Positions 16,014 through 24,291 of a stretch of 64,000 bases of DNA are shown here, piece by piece. The stretch's first letter is position 1, and the number at the start of each line of letters is the position of its first letter. A model generated the notes under the pieces. It made no database searches. It saw only the letters and a program-made list of their open reading frames with translations, and had not been told where the DNA came from. The stretch comes from Acutalibacteraceae bacterium (lineage in GTDB: Bacteria; Bacillota; Clostridia; Oscillospirales; Acutalibacteraceae): positions 29,776 through 93,775 of the forward strand of contig JBGVFJ010000065.1 in the NCBI GenBank assembly GCA_045121005.1, given 5' to 3'. The position numbers were made by a program, and so were the translations under genes.

Positions 16014-18634
16014 GCTTCGCATATCCCGAGCAGGAAAACAAAGCTCTCCGTAATATCTCCTTTGAGGTAAATCAGGGTGAATTTCTGATTCTTTGCGGTC
16101 CGTCAGGCTGCGGCAAATCAACACTTCTGCGTCACCTCAAAACCTGCCTTACACCTCACGGTGTAGTTAACGGTGAAATTCTGTTTAACGGCAAACCGCT
16201 TAATGAGGTTAACGAAAGAACACAGGCACAGGAAATCGGCTTTGTGCTTCAGTCTCCCGAAAATCAGGTGGTAACCGATAAGGTATGGCACGAGCTTGCT
16301 TTCGGACTTGAAAGCCTTGGGCTTGATACGCCAACTATCCGCCGCCGTGTGGCAGAGGTTGCAGCATTCTTCGGTATTGAAAATTGGTTCTATAAGAATG
16401 TAACCGAGCTTTCAGGCGGTCAGAAACAGCTTCTCAGCCTTGCTTCGGTTATGTGTATGAATCCGAAAATACTTGTTCTCGATGAACCTACGGCACAGCT
16501 TGACCCTATTGCCGCTTCTGATTTCCTTGCTCTTCTCGGGAAAATCAACCGTGAGCTCGGTATAACGGTTATTCTTACCGAGCACAGACTTGAAGAAGCT
16601 TTTCCCTTTGCAACAAGAGTTATTGTTATGGAGAAAGGTGAAATTATCTGTGATGATTCTCCCGAAAAAGTTGGACTTCATCTTCGTCAAAAGGATAACG
16701 GAATGTTCCTTGCTATGCCTACAGCAATGAGAGTGTGGGCAGGTGTTGAAACGAAGCTTGACTGTCCGATTACCGTACGTGACGGTAGTGAGTTCCTGAC
16801 TGAAAGAAGCAAAGAAAAAGCACTTCTTCCCCTTGAAAGGGAAAAAGTGCATACATATACTGATGAAATAACTCTTGAGTGTAATGAAATATGGTTCAGA
16901 TACGAAAAAGACCTGCCTGATGTTATAAAAGGCTTTTCTCTCACTCTGCACAAGGGTGAATTTTATGCAATTCTCGGCGGTAACGGTGCAGGTAAAACAA
17001 CAACGTTGAAAGTAATTTCGGGACTTCGCAAGGCTTACCGAGGTAATGTAAAAGCGAACGGTAAGGTTGGAATGTTACCACAGAATCCGCAAGCGCTTTT
17101 TGTAAAAAGAACAGTGCGTGAGGATTTATATGAGGCTCTCAGTAATGTAAAAATCTCAAAGAAAGAAAAGGATGAGCAGGTTTCCCGTGTAGTTGGTCTT
17201 TGCTCGCTGACCGATTTTCTTGACCGACATCCATATGATATTTCAGGCGGTGAACAGCAAAGAACCGCACTTGCAAAGGTTCTTCTTACCGCACCCGATA
17301 TACTTCTTCTCGATGAGCCGACAAAAGGCTTTGATGCAGAATTCAAGGTAGTATTTGCGGATATTATCGGTAAACTAACAAATCAGGGCGTAACCGTGCT
17401 TATGGTCAGCCATGATGTGACCTTCTGTGCAGAGTATGCACACAGATGCGGTATGTTTTTTGACGGTAATATTGTTGCAGAGGGCACTCCCCGTGAGTTT
17501 TTCTCAGGCAATAGCTTCTACACAACATCTGCAAACCGTATGGTAAGGCACCTCATTCCCGATGCGGTAACGGTTGATGAAATCATTGCTTGCTGTGGCG
17601 GAGAAATCAAGAAAAAAGAAAGTACGGATGAAATAACACCTTTGCCTGAGCCTGCCCCGAGAAGTGTAAATTTCAAGCCTGAACCACTTAAACTATGGCG
17701 TAAAATTCTTGCTGCAGCATCAGGGCTTGTTTCATTGGCTGTATTTTTCTATGCAACGGGAATTACCGATTTATCAGCACTTATAAATTCTTCGGGAATA
17801 AGTGAAGCGGGTAAAAATCAATTATGGCTTTACGGGATTTTGTTTGTTGCTCTTACCGTGTTTATGATTGCAATCGGAAGACGGAGCGAACCACCGCTTA
17901 TAGTGCAGACGCCGAAAGAAAAACGGAATTTAAGCAAGCGGACAATTGTGGCATCTGTTGCTATATTGCTCTTTATTCCTCTGACCATATTTGCAGGAAT
18001 TTTCTATCTCGACAACCGACAGTATAACATTGTCGCACTGCTTGTGCTTTTAGAGTGTATGTTGCCGTTTATTCTCGTATTTGAGGGCAGAAAGCCTAAG
18101 GCAAGAGAGCTTGTGACAATTGCCGTGCTTTGTGCAATCGGAATAGCAGGCAGAAGTCTCTTTTTTATGCTACCTCAGTTCAAGCCTGTTCTTGCACTCA
18201 CAATAATCGCAGGTGTGGCTTTCGGCGGAGAAGCAGGATTCCTTGTAGGCGCCGTTACAATGCTTCTTTCAAATATGCTGTTCTCTCAAGGACCGTGGAC
18301 ACCGTGGCAGATGTTTGCAATGGGTATTATAGGTTTTCTTGCGGGTGTTCTTTTCAAAAAAGGATTGCTTCGCAGAACACGGGCATCACTTGCCGTTTTC
18401 GGTGCGTTTGCCGCTGTTGTTATTTACGGCGGAATAATGAACCCTGCATCAATGCTTATGTATTCGTCACAGACAATAACAGTTAAAGCCTTGATGGCAT
18501 ATTATATTTCAGGTCTTCCCATGGACTTGGTACACGGCTTCGGAACAGTTATATTCATTATGCTCGCTGCCGAACCAATGCTTGAAAAAATGGACCGTAT
18601 CAAGGTAAAATATGGGTTTTTAACTGATTGTTAA
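15986..18634 (+). CDS. Fusion protein: two ABC ATPase domains (EcfA-EcfA type) plus a C-terminal ECF S-component-like membrane domain
   Basis: ATG at 15986 after AAAGGAGGAGAGAAA. Walker A GPSGCGKST and GGNGAGKTT, signatures LSGGQKQ and ISGGEQQ. The C-terminal ~300 aa has about 6-7 hydrophobic helices. It overlaps the T-component gene by 28 nt. Confidence 0.8.
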   Translation: MENFSFRNVSFAYPEQENKALRNISFEVNQGEFLILCGPSGCGKSTLLRHLKTCLTPHGVVNGEILFNGKPLNEVNERTQAQEIGFVLQSPENQVVTDKVWHELAFGLESLGLDTPTIRRRVAEVAAFFGIENWFYKNVTELSGGQKQLLSLASVMCMNPKILVLDEPTAQLDPIAASDFLALLGKINRELGITVILTEHRLEEAFPFATRVIVMEKGEIICDDSPEKVGLHLRQKDNGMFLAMPTAMRVWAGVETKLDCPITVRDGSEFLTERSKEKALLPLEREKVHTYTDEITLECNEIWFRYEKDLPDVIKGFSLTLHKGEFYAILGGNGAGKTTTLKVISGLRKAYRGNVKANGKVGMLPQNPQALFVKRTVREDLYEALSNVKISKKEKDEQVSRVVGLCSLTDFLDRHPYDISGGEQQRTALAKVLLTAPDILLLDEPTKGFDAEFKVVFADIIGKLTNQGVTVLMVSHDVTFCAEYAHRCGMFFDGNIVAEGTPREFFSGNSFYTTSANRMVRHLIPDAVTVDEIIACCGGEIKKKESTDEITPLPEPAPRSVNFKPEPLKLWRKILAAASGLVSLAVFFYATGITDLSALINSSGISEAGKNQLWLYGILFVALTVFMIAIGRRSEPPLIVQTPKEKRNLSKRTIVASVAILLFIPLTIFAGIFYLDNRQYNIVALLVLLECMLPFILVFEGRKPKARELVTIAVLCAIGIAGRSLFFMLPQFKPVLALTIIAGVAFGGEAGFLVGAVTMLLSNMLFSQGPWTPWQMFAMGIIGFLAGVLFKKGLLRRTRASLAVFGAFAAVVIYGGIMNPASMLMYSSQTITVKALMAYYISGLPMDLVHGFGTVIFIMLAAEPMLEKMDRIKVKYGFLTDC

Positions 18635-18688
18635 ATCCTTTGGTTTGAAAAGCCATTTTTCGTATCAGACACAAGCACCCTTTCTTTT

Positions 18689-18706
18689 GTATTCACATAC
18701 TTTCAC
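18689..18706 (-). repeat. Third, inverted copy of the GTGAAAG-N4-TGAAWAC motif
   Basis: The reverse complement of 18689-18706 reads GTGAAAGTATGTGAATAC. Confidence 0.6.
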
Positions 18707-18890
18707 TTGAATAATTACTATCGCGCAGTGATTGATGAGACGGTAAAAAATCTAATAACTTTTGTGATTTTAGAGCTTAAAATTGCGTTAATCGGTACAA
18801 ATTAGACCACAAGTGGACCAAGGAAGCCTTGAAAGCCTTATATATAAACGAACCGCACTTTTCAAAGAGATATTTATTTCTTACAATTCA

Positions 18891-18920
18891 CAGCACTCAC
18901 TTCGGTGGGTGCTGTTTTTC
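18891..18920 (+). terminator. Rho-independent terminator about 260 nt after the ECF fusion gene
   Basis: Stem CAGCACTCAC / GTGGGTGCTG (one G-U pair), loop TTCG, then TTTTT. Confidence 0.7.
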
Positions 18921-18946
18921 TTTCATTTTTTCAGATGCGGAAAGGA

Positions 18947-18975
18947 TTGACTTGCTGGGGTTTTGGATTTATAAT
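18947..18975 (+). promoter_or_regulatory. Sigma-A promoter of the 19004 ORF
   Basis: TTGACT (18947-18952), a 17-nt spacer, then TATAAT (18970-18975). Confidence 0.6.
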
Positions 18976-19003
18976 ATAAAAAATACTTTCAGGAGATGAT
19001 TTT

Positions 19004-19852
19004 TTGGCTACCTTCGGCACAATTTATGTTATTTTTAAAAAAGTGATTTCTTTAATTTCGGCAATCGTTCTTATGGTGGTTGCGGCTGACGAAAAGAATT
19101 TGCCCTCCCCTGACGCTGAAATTGTTGACAAATATCAATATGTTCTTCTGGACTATCAGATGAGCTCACAGGGTGTTACAAATGACGGTGAATATTTTTA
19201 TTTCAGCGGCAATAAAAACCTCAGCAAGGCAAGCATGGAAACAGGAGAAATCTGCCGTGTTACTTCAAATGCCATTCCCAAAGAGCTTCAGGACAAGGGC
19301 TGCAACCACATCGGAGGATTAAGCTATTATAACGGCAAGATTTATGCCGCTGTTGAAGACGGACCTGAATATCTTAATTCATTTATCGTTTTGTATGATG
19401 CCGAAACATTGGAATACACCGGCACTTATTACGAACTCCCTCACGAGCTTCACATTGAAGGCGTGCCGTGGTGCGCAGTTGACGTTGAACGAAATTATCT
19501 TTACACCGCTGAATGGAGCAACGCTACTGTTCTGAATGTGTTTGACCTTGATACTCTTGAGCTTGTTAAAACCGTTCCCCTTTCTGAGCCCATTGACAGA
19601 ATTCAGGGCGCTGAAATGTTTGGCGGAAAGTTATATATGTCCTGCGATGAATTGAATGATATGAAGAGAATTTTTTCTCTTGACGTTGAAACAGGCAAGG
19701 TTGAAGTTGTTTTTGCCAGAAACATCGGTGAAGGCTTCGAGGCCGAGGGTATGACTGTTTATGCCGATGACGACGGTAAGCCCGTTTTCTGTGTACTTGA
19801 CAGAGGAGAAAGAAGAATCAGCACAAGCCTGACATTATACAAGCTTAAATAA
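19004..19852 (+). CDS. Hypothetical membrane-anchored/secreted protein, possibly beta-propeller-like
   Basis: 282 aa. TTG start 9 nt after AGGAG. N-terminal hydrophobic segment ISLISAIVLMVVAA. Repeated Y/F-rich strand pattern. No confident family assignment. Confidence 0.5.
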   Translation: MATFGTIYVIFKKVISLISAIVLMVVAADEKNLPSPDAEIVDKYQYVLLDYQMSSQGVTNDGEYFYFSGNKNLSKASMETGEICRVTSNAIPKELQDKGCNHIGGLSYYNGKIYAAVEDGPEYLNSFIVLYDAETLEYTGTYYELPHELHIEGVPWCAVDVERNYLYTAEWSNATVLNVFDLDTLELVKTVPLSEPIDRIQGAEMFGGKLYMSCDELNDMKRIFSLDVETGKVEVVFARNIGEGFEAEGMTVYADDDGKPVFCVLDRGERRISTSLTLYKLK

Positions 19853-19861
19853 TAAAAATTA

Positions 19862-19897
19862 AGACGGTTGAGTTAATCAACCGTCTGTTCTTTTTTT
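19862..19897. terminator. Bidirectional terminator between convergent genes
   Basis: Stem AGACGGTTGA / TCAACCGTCT, followed by GTTCTTTTTTT. It overlaps the stop of the eutH-like gene. Confidence 0.7.
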
Positions 19898-20955
19898 ATT
19901 AACTTTTTACTCATTGGGATTGCAACAAAAATTGCGCAAACCGCTGAAATGAGCTTACCTATGGTTACACTGAGAATATAATCGTCATTAAACGCCATTG
20001 TGAATGCGATATGGTCGGTGAAAGCAAAGGCGGCGGAAACCGCAAATGCAGAGTTGATTACAACTCCCCTTCTGTCCATATCCTTCATATCTTCAAAGGT
20101 TGTGGCGCTTGTGGCAAGGGTGGAAACGAGACCCTTGACCGAAGCGTCGTTGATGCCAAGCCTCTGACCCGCTTTGTTGAGGGGCTTGTTGAAAAGTTTT
20201 GCAAGAATATAAAGCAAAGGCAATGCACCCGTCATTACACAAGCGGCATTAAGCACAAGGCTCATAGCGTTTTCGATGGAATCAACATAAGGAAGGGGTT
20301 TGTATCCCGTGAGGAAAGTAAGAATCCCAACCACGAGACCCACGGTGATAATTGCTTTCATTATGTAGCCGAGGACACTGAAAATCCTGACACATACATT
20401 GGGAATGAGAAGCAAGCCCACTGCAATAATTGCCGAAAAAATAACCAACGGAATCATATTGATAATCAGCGTTTTAAAGGGAAGTTTGAGAATCAAGCCC
20501 GATACAATGCAACCAACGGGGATTGTTACAATTCCGCAGAGAAGACCCAGCAACGTATCGTGATGCTGTTCTTTTTTAACAACGCTCATTGCAAAGGGAA
20601 TTGTAAATGAAATTGTGCAACCCATCATAGAAGCCACCACAAGGCCGTTGAAATAACCCAGAGCTTCGTTGTTGGTCAGCTGAGCCGAAAGAGATGCACC
20701 GCCCTGGTCGTTGGCAAAAATTGAGCCTGTGATGATTGAGGGGTCAATGAAATCGGGAAGAATAGCTATCACCGGCTCAAGGTAGTGAGCTATCAGGGGT
20801 GACATAATTATCATACCCACCATTGAAATTGCCAAGGGCCCCAGCATATATATTCCCTTTTCAAATTCCTTGCCCAGACCCAGCTTGCTGCCGAAAATCC
20901 TGTCCAGCGCGGCAACAATGGCAAAGGCAACCATTACGTAAGAAAGTACATTCAT
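19873..20955 (-). CDS. eutH: EutH-family permease (ethanolamine-utilisation protein EutH-like)
   Basis: 360 aa polytopic protein. AALDRIFGSKLG..., FANDQGGASLS, GIVTIPVGCIVSGL and VINSAFAVSAAFAFTDHIAF closely resemble E. coli EutH as I recall it. Confidence 0.8.
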   Translation of the reverse strand: MNVLSYVMVAFAIVAALDRIFGSKLGLGKEFEKGIYMLGPLAISMVGMIIMSPLIAHYLEPVIAILPDFIDPSIITGSIFANDQGGASLSAQLTNNEALGYFNGLVVASMMGCTISFTIPFAMSVVKKEQHHDTLLGLLCGIVTIPVGCIVSGLILKLPFKTLIINMIPLVIFSAIIAVGLLLIPNVCVRIFSVLGYIMKAIITVGLVVGILTFLTGYKPLPYVDSIENAMSLVLNAACVMTGALPLLYILAKLFNKPLNKAGQRLGINDASVKGLVSTLATSATTFEDMKDMDRRGVVINSAFAVSAAFAFTDHIAFTMAFNDDYILSVTIGKLISAVCAIFVAIPMSKKLIKKEQTVD

Positions 20956-20968
20956 TTAATCACCCGAA

Positions 20969-21604
20969 TCACTGCATACGCTCCTGCTTAACCTTGTGGT
21001 CAACGATGTGGCGCTTTGCAAGCTCGGCAGTTACTTCATCAAGAGTGATACCGGCATCAATCATAAGCACGGTTACATGATAAAGAAGGTCGGCAATTTC
21101 ATAGATTGTTTCTTCCTTATCGTGAGCTTTGGCAGCGATGATAACCTCTGTGCATTCCTCGCCGACCTTTTTGAGAATTTTATCTGTTCCCTTTTCAAAG
21201 AGGTATGTTGTGTAGGAGCCCTCTTTCTTTTCAAGCTTTCTGCCGAGGAGCATTTTGTAAAGCCCCTCATAAGAAAATGCCTCATCGTCCTTTTCTTCAA
21301 TCACGTTGAAGAAGCAGCTTTCACTGCCTGTGTGGCAAGCGGGACCGTCCTTGATAACATCAACCAAAAGAGTGTCGCAGTCACAGTCTGTTCTGATTGA
21401 CATAATGTGCTGACGGTTGCCTGATGTTTCACCCTTGCGCCACAATTCCTGACGGCTGCGGGAATAGAAGCAGGTCATACCCTCTTCAAGGCTGATTTTA
21501 AGGCTTTCCTCGTTCATATAAGCGAGCATAAGCACCTTTTTGGTGTAGTGGTCCTGCACAATTGCAGGGATGAGTCCGTTTGCATCATATTTAAGTTCAA
21601 CCAT
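20969..21604 (-). CDS. hisI: Bifunctional phosphoribosyl-AMP cyclohydrolase / phosphoribosyl-ATP pyrophosphatase
   Basis: 211 aa. LIPAIVQD...MLAYMN...[17 protein letters not shown] (HisI) followed by a HisE-like C-terminus. Confidence 0.92.
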   Translation of the reverse strand: MVELKYDANGLIPAIVQDHYTKKVLMLAYMNEESLKISLEEGMTCFYSRSRQELWRKGETSGNRQHIMSIRTDCDCDTLLVDVIKDGPACHTGSESCFFNVIEEKDDEAFSYEGLYKMLLGRKLEKKEGSYTTYLFEKGTDKILKKVGEECTEVIIAAKAHDKEETIYEIADLLYHVTVLMIDAGITLDEVTAELAKRHIVDHKVKQERMQ

Positions 21605-21606
21605 AA

Positions 21607-22362
21607 TTACACTCTCATTTCTATATTGTTTTCGTTAAGATACTGTTTCAAATCCTTGATATAAACTTCTTTAAAATGGAAAATTGAAGCGGCAAGACCT
21701 GCATCTGCAACCCCTGCGTTGAAAAGCTCAAGAAAATCTTCCTTTTTGCCTGCGCCGCCGCTTGCAATCACAGGCACGGAAACTCTTGACTGAATTTCGT
21801 GAAGCATTTCAATATCGAAGCCGTTTTTAACGCCATCGGTGTCAATGCTGTTAACAACAAGCTCACCTGCACCACGGTTCACACCGTCAACCGCCCACTG
21901 AACGGCATCGATGCCTGTGTCAATTCTTCCGCCCTTTGAAAAGAGGTGGAATTTGCCGTCAACACGCTTGATGTCCATTGAAAGCACGACACATTGGTCA
22001 CCGTATTTCTGAGCCCCGCGCTCAATGAGGGTCGGGTCCTTGATTGCACCGCTGTTGACAGAAACCTTATCGGCACCGCAGCCCAGCACTCTTTCAAAAT
22101 CTTCAAGAGTGTTGATACCGCCGCCTACCGTGAGGGGAATAAAAATTTCACTTGCAACCTCTTTGAGGGCGTCGGTAAAAAGTCCTCTGCCTTCAAAGGA
22201 AGCGGTTATATCATAAAAAACAAGCTCGTCTGCGCCGCTTTCATTGTAAAAGCGGGCAAGCTCAACGGGTGATGCAACATCCTGAATTCCTTCAAAATTG
22301 ACACCCTTTACTACCCTACCGTTGCGCACGTCAAGGCAAGGGATAATTCTGCGAGTAATCAT
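21607..22362 (-). CDS. hisF: Imidazole glycerol phosphate synthase cyclase subunit
   Basis: [19 protein letters not shown]...[11 protein letters not shown]...GGGI...ASGGAG. Confidence 0.95.
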   Translation of the reverse strand: MITRRIIPCLDVRNGRVVKGVNFEGIQDVASPVELARFYNESGADELVFYDITASFEGRGLFTDALKEVASEIFIPLTVGGGINTLEDFERVLGCGADKVSVNSGAIKDPTLIERGAQKYGDQCVVLSMDIKRVDGKFHLFSKGGRIDTGIDAVQWAVDGVNRGAGELVVNSIDTDGVKNGFDIEMLHEIQSRVSVPVIASGGAGKKEDFLELFNAGVADAGLAASIFHFKEVYIKDLKQYLNENNIEMRV

Positions 22363-23081
22363 TTGTTACCTCCTGCCAAGGCAAGCACTCTTTCAAGAGA
22401 GAGTTTGCCCGAATAAATTGCCTTGCCCACAATTGCGGCATAGGTGTTCATCGAAGCCAGCTGAGTGATTTCGTCTTCAAAGGTGATTCCGCCGGAAGCA
22501 ACAATGTCGAGACCCTCGATTTTGGCAAGCTCCTTGTAAATTTCAAGGTTAGTGCCGGTGAGATTTCCGTCTTTGGAAATGTCGGTGTAAATCACGGTTT
22601 TGACACCTGTTTCACGGAGCTTTTTGCAAAATTCAACCGAGTCAACATCGGTGACCTCAAGCCAACCGCTGACGGCTACCCTGCCGTCCTTAGCGTCAAC
22701 ACCGACAGCAACCGCATCACCGTAGAGGCGGACTGCTTCCTCAACAAAGGGGTAATTTTTGACAGCGGCTGTGCCGATGATTGTGCGGTCAACCCCCAAA
22801 TCAAGGTAAGCCTTGAGGCGGTCAATATTGCGGATTCCTCCGCCAACCTCGATAAAAAGCTCGTCGTATTTACAAAGTGCCTTAATTACTTCAAAGTTGG
22901 CTGTTGTACCGTCCTTGGCACCGTCAAGGTCAACAACGTGAAGATTGCGGGCACCCTTTGAGATGAACTCTTCAGCTATTTTTTCGGGTGAATCGCTGTA
23001 AACAGTCATTCTGTCATAATCGCCCTCGGTAAGGCGCACAACCTTACCTGAGCGGATATCTATTGCAGGAAAAATTTCCAT
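22359..23081 (-). CDS. hisA: ProFAR isomerase
   Basis: ATG at 23081 after AAGGAG (the track ORF extends to 23105). MEIFPAIDIRSGKVVRL...VVDLDGA...GGGIR...SGGI. Confidence 0.93.
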   Translation of the reverse strand: MEIFPAIDIRSGKVVRLTEGDYDRMTVYSDSPEKIAEEFISKGARNLHVVDLDGAKDGTTANFEVIKALCKYDELFIEVGGGIRNIDRLKAYLDLGVDRTIIGTAAVKNYPFVEEAVRLYGDAVAVGVDAKDGRVAVSGWLEVTDVDSVEFCKKLRETGVKTVIYTDISKDGNLTGTNLEIYKELAKIEGLDIVASGGITFEDEITQLASMNTYAAIVGKAIYSGKLSLERVLALAGGNK

Positions 23082-23091
23082 AACTATCTCC

Positions 23092-23703
23092 TTATAATTC
23101 AGCAAATGCTTTCAAAAGTGCAAGACCCTTTTCACCGCTTTTTTCGGGGTGGAACTGTGCACCGTAAACGTTGCCGTTTTTAACAACCGCAGGCACACTC
23201 ACACCGTATTCAGCGTCGGCAATTACACCTGCATCACAGTTTTTGCCGTAAAAAGAGTGGACAAAATACATATAGTCGCCTTGCTCAACGTATTTGAAAA
23301 TGGGGTCATCTGCTGATCTGATGTTAAGCTTGTTCCAGCCCATATGAGGGATTTTGAGGCTTTGATCAACATCACCCTCAAAGGGGCAGATTTCACCTTT
23401 GATGAAGCCGAGACCCTCGTGCTCGCCGTATTCAAAGCTTTTTTCAAAAAGCATCTGCATGCCGAGGCAGATACCAAAAATGCATTTACCCTGAGCAGCG
23501 CATTCTCTGATTAAATCAAAAAGACCTGTGTCGCGGAGCTTTTTAACGGCATCACCGAAAGCGCCTACACCGGGAAGAATTATTTTATCGGCTGAACGGA
23601 TTTCATCGGCATCACCTGTGATTTTGCAATCAAGACCGAGAAAATTCAATGAGCTCTTTAACGAAAAGAGGTTTCCGCAGCCGTAGTCAACTATTGCTAT
23701 CAT
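23092..23703 (-). CDS. hisH: Imidazole glycerol phosphate synthase glutamine amidotransferase subunit
   Basis: IAIVDYGCGNLFS...ILPGVGAF...GICLGMQ...FHPEKS. Confidence 0.95.
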   Translation of the reverse strand: MIAIVDYGCGNLFSLKSSLNFLGLDCKITGDADEIRSADKIILPGVGAFGDAVKKLRDTGLFDLIRECAAQGKCIFGICLGMQMLFEKSFEYGEHEGLGFIKGEICPFEGDVDQSLKIPHMGWNKLNIRSADDPIFKYVEQGDYMYFVHSFYGKNCDAGVIADAEYGVSVPAVVKNGNVYGAQFHPEKSGEKGLALLKAFAEL

Positions 23704-24290
23704 TATAAGACTCCTTTGCTGGAGGGAATTTCACCGCCGAGTGATGGGTCAACGCTGACGGCGGTTTTCATTGTGCGGGCAAATGATTTGAAGATGCCCT
23801 CAATGATATGGTGAGTGTTTTTGCCGTCGAGAAGCTTGATGTGAAGAGTGACATTGCAGTTTCTGATAAATGCCCAGAAGAACTCCTCAACAAGCTCTGT
23901 GTCCATATCCCCTACCTTCTGGCAAGGCATTGCGGCATCAAAATTGAGATAGGCTCTGCCGCTGATGTCAACAGCTGTGAGCACAAGAGTTTCATCCATA
24001 GGAAGAATCATACTGCCGTAACGGGTAATTCCGCGCTTGTCACCGAGAGCTTCACTGATTGCCTGACCCAGAACAATTCCCACATCCTCAACAGTGTGGT
24101 GAAAGTCAACCTCTGTGTCACCCTTACAGGTAACGTCAAGATCAATTCTTGAATGCTTTGAAAAAAGCTCAAGCATATGGTTTAAAAATCCGCAGTCTGT
24201 GTTGATATTGCACTTGCCTGTGCCGTCAAGGTCGAGACGAAGTGAAATATCAGTTTCTCTTGTTTTGCGGTGAATTTCTGAAACTCTCAT
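23703..24290 (-). CDS. hisB: Imidazoleglycerol-phosphate dehydratase
   Basis: RKTRETDISLRLDLDG...GFLNHML...DFHHTVEDVGIVLG. Confidence 0.95.
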   Translation of the reverse strand: MRVSEIHRKTRETDISLRLDLDGTGKCNINTDCGFLNHMLELFSKHSRIDLDVTCKGDTEVDFHHTVEDVGIVLGQAISEALGDKRGITRYGSMILPMDETLVLTAVDISGRAYLNFDAAMPCQKVGDMDTELVEEFFWAFIRNCNVTLHIKLLDGKNTHHIIEGIFKSFARTMKTAVSVDPSLGGEIPSSKGVL

Positions 24291-24291
24291 A

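Noticed and set aside
16412-17346. Minus-strand ORFs of 179, 88 and 103 aa
   Set aside because: They are antisense to the ABC ATPase domains, which have canonical Walker and signature motifs.
20011-20610. 199-aa + strand ORF
   Set aside because: It is antisense to the eutH-like permease, which has strong family similarity, and it has no RBS.
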